Shown one piece after another: positions 39,201-49,451 of a DNA stretch of 64,000 bases (the first letter of the stretch is position 1; the number at the start of each line of letters is the position of its first letter). The notes below the pieces were generated by a model, which was not told the origin of the DNA, made no database searches, and saw nothing but the letters and a program-made list of their open reading frames with translations. The position numbers and the translations under genes are program-made. Source of the stretch: Phoronis australis (Eukaryota; Animalia; Phoronida); the NCBI GenBank assembly GCA_002633005.1, contig NMRA01000044.1, positions 778,074-842,073 of the forward strand, given 5' to 3'.

Positions 39201-40288
39201 AGTGAGCATCACAGACTGTTCCACCAAGCGAAGGAGTCCCTTTGCGTCAACTTCCTCTCCCTTGCGCTGGGCTATCACTGGTTCCTGTCAAAGGGTGCCG
39301 AGCGGACCCTTGGTATTCGGCATACCCTGTTGCACATATCATAACTGCTGTCTGCAACGGCCACTGGCTTGTGAGCTGGTGGTGGCACTAAATCTAGCAC
39401 ATCCCCATCGAGGGGATTCACTGTTAGCTCTAGTTGTGTCCGACAGGGTGTGTGATAGAGTACGAATTCTTTTAAAGCTGTACTGGGCAAATGCTCGATA
39501 AAGTGCTTGGCTACGAATGCCCCCTGTTTTATCCACAGTGACCACTGCACCGATTTGACTGTAACCAGAGGGTCAAATCTAGCCACTTTAGTGGGTGGGT
39601 AATATGAGTCACCCTCCGAGTCGGAAAACTCGTGACTAGAGGCTATGCTACCACTGTCACCCTGATCACAGGCCCCGCGGGCTTGGGCTTCTCGACGGGA
39701 ATCACCGTCAACAGACTCAATGTCGGAGTCTGACCCCAGTCTTACAATGTCACCTGGGTCTAAGCGCTGACTATGCACTAACATTGACGGGGAGTCATTG
39801 AAAGCGGATACACCACGATATGCGGATATACCTCCTGTGCAAATAGACCGCCGTCTGCAGACCGCCAAGCGCGGTTAAGCCGTTGTCAGCATATTTACTA
39901 GCTGCCATAATGACAGTAAATTTACCCTCACAAAGGTGAATTTAGAATAGGATTTTTGCCATTTTCATTCGGGACTTATGTTTGTAAAATAGTTGAATTG
40001 AAGAACGATGCGTGCGCAATTTCTGTCTTTGAATGACTAGTGCGCAATCATTCTGGCGCAGAATGCAATTATTATAACAACTTCCGTTTTTATGAAATGA
40101 AATTACCTTCATAGAGACCAAGTGACATGTTTCTTGATGGTCAACGACTTTGCAATCCCAAGCCTAGTCGTGGATAAGTTCGATTGATTAGCTACGCTAA
40201 GATTTATTTACAAAAAAAATGTGAACGGTCTTAAAAACTCACCTTGGTTCACTAGAAGAAGTGTAACAATAGATGTCGCCAGCATCAT
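30089..40288 (-). CDS. Paralogue C: secreted VWA + CBM14 protein, 271 aa; complement(join 40243-40288, 35788-36005, 34634-34988, 30089-30285)
   Basis: Exon sizes 46/218/355/197 nt, GT-AG sites, open frame. Starts MMLATSIVTLLLVNQVES and ends CRCEYPADVKCPV*. Confidence 0.9.
33180..33740 (+). mobile_element. 3' fragment of a LINE with a (TAA)n tail, antisense in intron 3 of copy C
   Basis: KPKLCLYRSVK..EEYL..QRSVIARLRAG / IEDEVHFIFDC..Y..IR is a typical ORF2 C-terminus with an internal deletion; ends in ATAATAAATGAATAATAATAATAA. Confidence 0.7.
34634..34988 (-). CDS. Copy C exon 3: VWA C-terminal half
   Basis: 355 nt, flanked by ttgtag and gtatgt. Confidence 0.9.
35788..36005 (-). CDS. Copy C exon 2: VWA N-terminal half
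   Basis: 218 nt, flanked by tttcag and gtgagt. Confidence 0.9.
38850..39870 (-). mobile_element. Decayed DIRS/tyrosine-recombinase retrotransposon gag-like relic in intron 1 of copy C
   Basis: GC-rich broken ORFs with NPLDGDVLDL..HK....D, KGPLGTL*QE and GQTNTSISHNRR motifs resembling DIRS ORF1; absent from copy A. Confidence 0.45.
40243..40288 (-). CDS. Copy C exon 1: signal peptide
   Basis: MMLATSIVTLLLVNQ followed by donor gtgagt. Confidence 0.8.
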
Positions 40289-40495
40289 CTTTTTAACCTT
40301 AAGTCCTGCAAGACAGAAAAAGATTAACAATGCTATGGATATTGACAAATTATTGAAACCTTGCAAGATCTTTGTGCTTTGATTCGAAAATAAAGGATAC
40401 TCTACCTGTTTTTCGTGCTGTTTGGTTTCGATATGCGCTTGTACCGATCTATAACATTCGTACAAGCTATTCTAAAAATTTTGTTATGTGGCGAG

Positions 40496-40503
40496 TTCTT
40501 ATA
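40496..40503 (-). promoter_or_regulatory. TATA-like box of copy C (TATAAGAA)
   Basis: Paralogous position; 5' UTR exon donor at 40406/40405. Confidence 0.5.
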
Positions 40504-43500
40504 GTACGTCGACGTGGGATTTGGCAAGTGTTCATTACGTCGATAACGAAAGGCAGACGTGTGTATTCCTCGAAAGAGCGAGGAAACAAAAAGATAACAT
40601 ATTTTAAAAGTCATCGAGCTGCAAAAAGAGAAGAGTAATATGGACTTTTGATAAAGTAGCAGACCTCCGCCAAATTGTCGTTCTCTGTTTTACGGCAGTT
40701 TGTGTTTGTGGGTTTGCTCATACTCTCGTAGCCCTCAAATTGCAACAATTTATGCAGAAATTGAAAGTGACGCACGATGGAAAATGAACATTAACACTGA
40801 GATATTGGGAATAAACAGTTGCCGTGTTATCGCCGTTCTGTCAACATTGATATCGTAACGTATACGGGAACCGCTTTTACTCATGAAGATTCAAATCGTT
40901 GTTTTTGACGTCATTGCAGCGGGTTGTTAATTTTCAAGTGTAAGTATTATGTTCACAAAATTACGACAATTTGTACTTCTAAGGTCAGTTCAAATTGTGC
41001 CATTTTGACGGTAACGACAGTCTCTTCAAATCCACAAACCACAAATTGTGACACTAAAACATTATGGCAATTTGTCGGCCGGATGTTCGTTAAAATTGTC
41101 GCAATTTAGCATTACGACGGTTCGTGGTCATATAGCCTCCTTAACACCTGTTGATGATGGAAACCACTTCTTACATGACACGTCATTTCACAATAGTTAA
41201 TTTGTCGCGAGTGGTGGAAATGCCCCTTTAAGTTACATCGACTGTAGACATTAACTAGAGACAGCTGACAGAAAATAGTGAAGACAGAGCGGAAGCACTT
41301 GCATCACATTCAAAATTTGCGATTAAAAATCAACATTTAAGTGGAATCGGTTTGGAAGGCAATTTATGATCGTGGCAATACAGTGTGCACGGTCCTAAGC
41401 TTTTGAAATTCTACGATGTATTTGACTAGGAGACCCCTTTCCCTGCAAACTGTATACATGTATATCGTTTAAGTTTATGAGCCTCGGCGAGTTGATTCTC
41501 GTGGGACTGTATGCAGTCTATTATGTTGCCTATAGGGGGCAGTTTGGCCTAGTCCACAGATAAGCAATTGAAAAAATAGATGAAGACTTAACGAACCTGG
41601 AGGTGTTTCTAACAGTCTGAATTTTCGACCAAAGGACAGTATAAAAATTGTCGATAACCAAGAAATATTGTTGAGAACCGGAACAAGGTGAAAACTTCAC
41701 TAATAGAACATTTTCGTACCTTCTCGTTTCGCCTCATTGTCTGTGAAAGTGTCTCAACTATCCGTAAATAGTTGATGGTTGTGGTACTTTTTTTCAATAT
41801 CGTATGAGGCATCGTTGTAATTATATTTAGTTAAACATTTAATGTTTCATAGGCCACCTGCCTTTTGAAACAATTCTCACAGTTTTACCACGACACTCGC
41901 GGTCAGTAAATACAGACGCATGTGGCATAGAGATAATAAAAACAATTATTCAATTAGGCCTCTTGCAACAAGCTTTTTCTTAGTTGAAATTATTCTATGT
42001 AATTCTTTATTTCAGCTTACGAACAGCTCATACAAGCGTAGACAATCGATGTTAGTCACGAATTTACGGTGAGGCACGAATGAATGCAAAATTTGAAGAA
42101 AGAATATGTATGTTATTTGGCTACCATGCCAACTGGCGGCATAGTAACCGTCCGCAGTACATTCGCATGCGTAGCAGCGAGTGACTGATATCGTAATGTT
42201 TCATTATTAAACACCACCGATTAGCACCGTCAACCGCTATCTGTAATTTGGTTCTGAGCTGAATCCATCTTTCATACCGCAGTTGCGACGGTTTTCGCTA
42301 ATGCGACGAAATCTCTGCTAGTATACGCATGTGGAATATTGGCCAATCTTCGCTTTTCCTTTGCATAAAGTCATCTCTCCACTCCTGGAGTTTGTTAAAT
42401 TTACACGAACACTAATTGAGGGTGTTCTTGTAAATATGAGAAGTGTGGGCGAACTCGTGTACCGGTGACCAGGATCTGTCGAGAAGAATTACTTAAACGA
42501 TATTTGGGGTAAGTTCTTCATTTACGACTGTTATCTGAAAGTCTGTTGGTTTTAGCCAGTGTTTGGATTGTGTATCTGGTACGTTAGAAAATAAGACATT
42601 TGTTGAAGAAATTTCAGCGTGTGATTAAATGTAGGTGTATTCCCCTAGTGAGCGCGAGCTCGAATTCTCGTAACATGCAGAGAAATGTATTGATGAACTG
42701 ATTAAACCAATGTTGAGGAATGCAATGTCAGTCTCGGTCAGACGAGTGTGTTAAACTTTTTTAACGATTTACAACTGGCGTGTGCGACAAATCTATGTAG
42801 ATATATAAGACACAAATTGAACCTGACATAGCACGAAACGCGAAGTTGCAACACGAAACACATACAAGGGTCTAGTTTACCCGTGTTCCGCCAATTGTGT
42901 GAAAGACAACAAAACAGCCGTATTCACGTTTTACGTTAAATATCGGGTCGACCGTCCCTGTATATTGGCCTATGGTAGGCCTAGTCCATGTATCCACAGC
43001 ATGTTTGCCATTTGTGAGTAACCTTATTGAGCAACCTGGGATGAAGAGTTCACGAAATCCAAATTACCTCTCAAACACAGAATTAAGGAAGCGGCACGTA
43101 ACAGCCGGGGGGTGGCTTTTACGACCGACCGGCGCTGCTACATGTAATCCCAACCTGACAAGTCGGACACATACAGTCTGGACTCTTGATCTTGCTGCAA
43201 AGATATTATTTTCTGGCCTATTTATTCATTTTAAGAGGCATTACAGTAAATTTTTGTTGACCTCTGTCTAAACCTGCAAGCAAAACATTTCACACGGTTT
43301 CTGCATGGCCTTATAATACGCCAACTCAAGCAGTCAATTTGAAGGTGTTAGTGTAAACAGTTCGCGTTTCCACGCTAATTCGCAATCCATCGCCTGTAGA
43401 CTGATAAAATGAAAACGGAGAAATTGTTCTTCTCTAGTGCACTGAACCACGCGATCGTGAACTAAAGGGATTCCTGTTACAAGTACAGAATAGCAGAAGT

Positions 43501-46279
43501 GAGAGTTAAAGTAAAATGGTTGTGACAGTGAAAAATGCGTTTTCGCTTACAATTGCTCATCAAGTCGCATTTGATTGTTCAAGCGAATGACATCGATATA
43601 TCACGACTTAATTGTCAGTATTGAAAAACTGTCTAAATCTTGCTTCATTTGAAGTAACATTAGAGGCAGATCTACTGAGAAATCATACCAAGGGGCGAGA
43701 AAAAAGGCAGAATTATAGTAATAGACACATTTCCATTTTATTTATGTGTCGCTCAATGATTTCTGCTTGGTAATGAAATACAGGGTGTCTGAAAATATCA
43801 ATGCTTGATTCCTGTTTCGGTGTAGTTCAGTTTATGGAACAGTTCTCTGTAGCATGTTAATATTGAACACAAGTACAGAACAGCCAATGAACATTGAAGC
43901 AAAACATCGGCTGAAATATTTTATCATTTACGTTCAACACTTGTGGTTCCCTTACCTTGGATTTTTCTTCTGCGTTCCTGGTAGTGAGTTGTTTGTCATA
44001 AATGGGCCCTCGCGAAGGTGCTTTGGCCGGGAGTACACAGCTTTTTGACGTGGGTTGGGTGTGCCGCGGGGAAATTAAGATAGTCACTATTGTAGGGAGT
44101 CGGCAATATGAAATACACACAATTTTAGCGGGTTAGCACGATTAAAATGAAATCGTTTCAGGGATTTCAATCCCTTTTATCTATTGAAAAAAGTTGAATA
44201 AACAACCTTTCGGGCTGTATTTTATTTAACACAACAATTCTCAGTAAGATACGGATCAAACCCGCCTGTGAAGTAATGTTATACAATGAACCCAATTGTA
44301 ATATCATAACCCTTGTATGGGGAGTTTCGTATTCGGTAAAGGCACCCTCAGGCAGGGAAAGGGGCCTTTTGAAATTTACCCTTCTGATCAGCACGGCCTC
44401 TCCATTTTCAGCTCACAAAGCAACGCGTACCGTTATATCGGGCCGCGAAAGAGCCCGAGCCCCGCGGAATACACTCGTATTACGACGCACCAGCCGGATG
44501 ATCACCTGCATTATCCCGGATTAAAAAATTGGATATGAATTTTCAGCGTTTTCGGTATCGGTAAAACTGACAATTTTAAAAGTGCAAACAAACGTTTGTA
44601 ATCTGCCCATTGTGCTTGAGGTACTAGCGCTTTTGTCAGTGCGTCTCAAAGAAATCAAGGTGGACCCATAAGAATGAACAATCCACGAAACGTTTGCTTT
44701 GTTGCTAAGATATCTGCCATCGATTTTGCACTCATGCACCGGTGCGTGAGGCTGCGTTTGTATCCGTAATTAGGGGCATGCGCCTAGATGCGAAACACTT
44801 GAGCAAAAACCGAGGGTCAACTTTTTCAAGTAGCATACTGCTGAAATTTATAAATCCGTCACAAAACAGTGAGCAATGTCGTGTATTCAATTACACATGA
44901 ATTGAGTCCAACAAACGGACAAATGACACACTCTCGATTTAAGACATGAACATGCGTAAGGGACGCCGCATTTGTCTACAAGTGAAGCGTGTGAGCCAAT
45001 TCGTTTTTGAGAAAACTGCATGCGTACACTGCTTGCCTTGAGATTTTACGCCTCAGGTGTATGGTTGACCAATTTTACAAAGATCTTCTAAAGTGTACTT
45101 CGATGAGAACTGGACTGCGTTCCGCAAGACGCTTGCATGAGGAAAACAAGACTGTGATCACATGCTTTGCTTATAACGCATTACGATATCTTGCGCGATC
45201 TTGTGTTTTTGAGAGGTTCTTGCGTCTATGGAACTCTGCTCTGGTGACAAAACGTGTTGCGTGGTCCTGGAAGTTGTTTCGGTTTGTTTGTAACAGAAAT
45301 CTGCTGATCCAGGAGTTCCGACAAGGGACAAACATAATGGCTGCTTGAAATTCTTCCGGACTCCTTGAACCCCCATCTGGATGGATCCACACCTGATGAG
45401 ACACCGTCACACCCGACAATTTTTGTTCATTTTCACCATGTCATTAAGTAATAACATTAATTTTAATTCAATTTTATTTATTGTGAAAGTGACCTAGCAG
45501 AGGGGTCCGGTCTCGAAGTGCGTTTGTTTTCACCATAGAATTATTCAATTTGATAATTTTAATTTGAATTTAATCTCTGTATGCTTCTACTTCGTCATAT
45601 AGGCCTATTGTCTATCAATAATTTATTCCAGCGATACATTGACAGCCCGTCTGGGACAGATTTTATGTTCTTCTGATATATTTTATACAACGTTTGGCTA
45701 TGATGTGTCTGCCGCGCTCATGTCTGATCGACAGCCAGGGAAATCCTGACGCCCACAATATTTAATCTTGACGCGTAAATAGGTTTTACAAAATTATCTC
45801 GAAATAGATGACTAATTTATAGTTCAGTGCGAGGCTTCTGTAGACATCATTAGTATTTTCTCAACTTTGGAAGATATTGGCTAAAGGTAACCTACATCTG
45901 CAGCGAACAAAGCCAAACAATTTGATAACTTTGAGGTACTAACCTTTTTTACTTTAATGAAGTTAATATATACATGTTTTTCGAACCGCATGAGCATTTT
46001 AAAATTTGTTTTCCCGTTGACTCGGTTCATTCCTCATGACCGGTAGCGTCTGCCTGTTGTACCGCAATTCTTTTCTTACAGGCGCCTTTCTTTCCTCGCA
46101 AGTCACTTTTCACACTCAGTTAAGAATTGCAGACAGGTTTGAAACATGGCATCAATCACGTGCTTACGCACCCCCCCCCCNCCCCCCCCACGTCATACAA
46201 TGGTAAAAGTTCTAGAGGATTACGGTTTTCTCACACGTTGCAAGTACCGCGCTATTGTCTTGCTTCTGTGGAACGCAGC

Positions 46280-46420
46280 CCAGGCTCCCGTTCAGCAACA
46301 CTAGGACCATACTTTTTAGCAAGACTTCGCGAGATACTGTCAGGCATTTTAAGTGAGAACACGTGACTTTGGCTAGATTTTAGCTAAGTGCTAGCGTAGG
46401 TCCTAGCGTATGTCCTAGCG
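46280..46420 (+). repeat. CTAGGACC-family MITE-like repeat, copy 2
   Basis: Homologous to 49292-49451. Confidence 0.65.
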
Positions 46421-48038
46421 CCAAGGCTGATCGTGTCCTCGAGGGCAATTTCTGGTGAAAGAAATATTCAGCGATTGCTATCAGTGCTCATATTGCAGAA
46501 CCATTGAGACGAAATCCAAATAATTTCATGAACAGTCTCATTTTCAAGCCTGTCTGTCAACTACGCTCTTGCGTTCTAACATATACAGAAGGGAAGACAC
46601 GGAGATACTTCTTCACGGCTAAAGATGTCTGAAAACAATTAGAACCATTGTTCTCTGTTGGGTCACTGTCTTACGTCACTTTAATACAGATTGGGGTTAT
46701 TTTGTGCGCCAAGAAAATTGCGAACTCTAAACGCAATACGAGAAACCATATAACCAAGCTGTCAGTATTTTATCCCGAAGGTCAGTTAATTAGTTTTACC
46801 TGGCTGCCCTGGTGAGGGATTTTATCAGTATAAAAGCTTCATCTCATCAATAGTTTAGTTGTTGCGTGATCCGAAGGATCTGCAAGCGTATCACCAAGGT
46901 AACCATTTAAAAACGTTGTCGGCCGGGAGTAAAAAACAAGTGAACACCAGGATGGTATGTACTGTTGAGCTTGTCTTGTGATGTAGCGTGTCTTGAGACT
47001 TGCCATGTGCCTAAATATACATCTGAGTGCATGCGATTTCATATTTTATTGACTTAAACGTACACATTCTAAAGGAATTCTTCCTACAGATAATATCTGA
47101 TGATGAGCCCTAGAGCGTATACCGTTTCTGGTACACCACGTGAAAGGAAAACGCACCACCCACGTCAACATGAAATAAAGATCAATTTATGCAGTTAAGA
47201 GAGTGTATGTTTCCTACGGCACCGTTGGTTAGGTTTATTCTATATAACATCCAAGTACGTGTTGCCGTGTCCTGTTTCTCATGAAGAGTATTGTTGTCTT
47301 TGTATGACACTCGCTGACAATGTTCGCTTTAGGAAACATTGCAAACCACATGTATAGTTGTAGTTCCGAAAGTATACCTGTAAGCCGATATTCGGTAATT
47401 TTTTCGAACATAGGCCAGGGGACTGTATCTGGGGTGTCTGCTCGCCGAAACGCCCGGTATTAACAAACTAACTACCACGAGTATTTTAATGTGAACTACA
47501 GCAGTCACGAGGCAAATACGAAAGATCTTCAAACGCAAATCACTGTTGGATTTTATAAGCACTGTGCATTTTAGTGTCGGTTCTCTCGTTTGTACTTGTA
47601 TTTTATTTCTTTATTTTTGTGCTTTGAATGCTCACGATTTTATCTAGCATCACAACCTCAAATGAGATTTTGGAGAACTTTATAACAAACATGGTATTGG
47701 AGCTGCGTTGCGGTGGCGATTTATTTCACTATGAGGAATTTCGATGACACGAGAACTGCGTCGAGGCCGTTTCCTAGAATTTGGTTACGAGTGTAACCTC
47801 AAGATCGTTCTGGTTTTTGCAACACGAGATTGAAATTTGCCTATTTGCCAGAAAGTACTGCAAACTCCGTAGACCGATATGATCTGGTTACGTGGCATTC
47901 TGTAAACGGGTAAAGGTAAATAACGCAAGATTAATTTCATTACATCGACAACTGAAAACGGGCAAATAAAATACCAATTTCACTATCATTGCGGCAACGT
48001 TAATTTCCCGTTCGTTCAGTAGATCGAATTTGAAATCA

Positions 48039-48653
48039 CAGTGGCGGATCTAGGATATCACAAGGGGGGCCAACATGTTGTCTATAAACATTTGCGCAAA
48101 GCACGATTGTAGATGCGTATAGTATGGGGGGAGGTCGGGAGGGGGTTTTGACTCCCTCCCGCCAGGAAAATTTTTCTGTTTTTTTCCTCTAAAAATCAAG
48201 CATTTTCCTTGATTCCTGAAATATTATCAAGGAAAAAAAACACGAAGAACGTGTCAAACTTGCAAAACTGCAAGTACCAGACTCGAACTCACGACCTGGC
48301 GGATAGAACGCGTGCGCTTTACCACTGCACCACAATTATTCTAAGAGACCTACTTGTTTATGGTCCACAGCGTTTGCGCACGAAACCTACTTCTTTTTGT
48401 AATATTTATTACACTTTTTATATTTTGTGCAATCAGTTCGTAACAAATTTGTTGTATTTAAAATAGTCTTCAAGTGTGTTGGCATTAATGACGCGATTGC
48501 TTTGGAAATCGTCTTAAGTTAAGGTTTGACAAAGAGAGAATTATGAGTTTCTGAGTGATTCACTAAGGTTTCGATTAAAATTCACATCTTACTAGCAGCT
48601 TCTGTTTTTTCATCGTCACTCAGATTGGCGCCCCCCCCNTAAATCCGCCTATG
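48039..48653. mobile_element. hAT5-like MITE (CAGTGGCGGATCTAG...TAAATCCGCCTATG), 5-bp TSD AATCA
   Basis: AATCA at 48034-48038 and 48654-48658; imperfect TIRs. Confidence 0.75.
48274..48335 (-). repeat. tRNA-derived (SINE-head-like) sequence inside the MITE
   Basis: A box TGGTGCAGTGG and B box GTTCGAGTC; no clean cloverleaf. Confidence 0.55.
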
Positions 48654-49291
48654 AATCACACCACATCTTTAATATGTACTCAAATATTCAGAGCACATAT
48701 TTCCGCATCAACACATGAAAATATTTTTTTGCCATGTTCAGTTTAACTGCAACTATTATCGTTTGTGTTTACTAACCAGGCGCTCTATTAGACCCACAAT
48801 ATGTTATTGCCGCATGACAATTGTTAGCCAGAATGAAGCGCTTGATTACTTCTTCTTTTAATTAAAGTGAAATATAGCAGTGTTTATGCTGTAATACTAA
48901 TTACTTTCTACAATAAATCTGTGATACCAAACCGTAATACTAATTACTCGTGCTTTCGTCTGTGGCAGCTCTTATGATTACAAAATACGCTTTCCTTTGT
49001 TTCGCCATTGATGAAAGCATCAGTTTCATCAATCAAGTGTGTTATCGATAAAATAGCTCCATTTGGTAAATTACGCTCGTGTATGCATTCTGTACTATCA
49101 GCATTTCTGTATGAAAGAGGGTGGATTGTGCCTATCAACTTCAGAGAATTTTATTGTTGGTTGTGAATCACCAGAAATTTAAAATTCGGTTTCCGTGAAA
49201 TTGGGGCTTAGTATTCTTTTAATAGTCACATACTTCGCAAGCGACGTCGGAGTGTGTAAAATTCTGATCTTTAAATAATAAAGGCTAATGA

Positions 49292-49451
49292 ACCAGCCTC
49301 CCGTTCAGTAATGCTAGGACCTCGCTAAAAATCAAGACTTCGCGAGATTACGTGAGATATTGCCGTGCATTTTAAATGAGAACACGTGACTTTGACTAGG
49401 TTTTGGCTAGGTCCTAGCGTAGGTCCTAGCGTCTTCTGAACGCAAGCCAGG
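49292..49451 (+). mobile_element. CTAGGACC-family MITE, most complete copy
   Basis: Imperfect TIRs CAGCCTCCCGTTCAGTAATGCTAGGACC and GGTCCTAGCGTCTTCTGAACGCAAGCCAG. Confidence 0.65.

Larger units (their letters stand above)
40100..42878. repeat. Segmental-duplication block (exon 1, promoter and about 2.3 kb upstream), paralogous to 11580-12711 plus 15505-17270
   Basis: Long near-identical colinear stretches, ending at CATACAAGGGTCTAGTT in both. Confidence 0.9.

Noticed and set aside
5050-40288. Assigning the gene symbol Pif or BMSP
   Set aside because: The proteins are short, with a single VWA and a single CBD and no Pif80-like acidic/basic region or multiple VWA domains. Orthology cannot be shown without a search.
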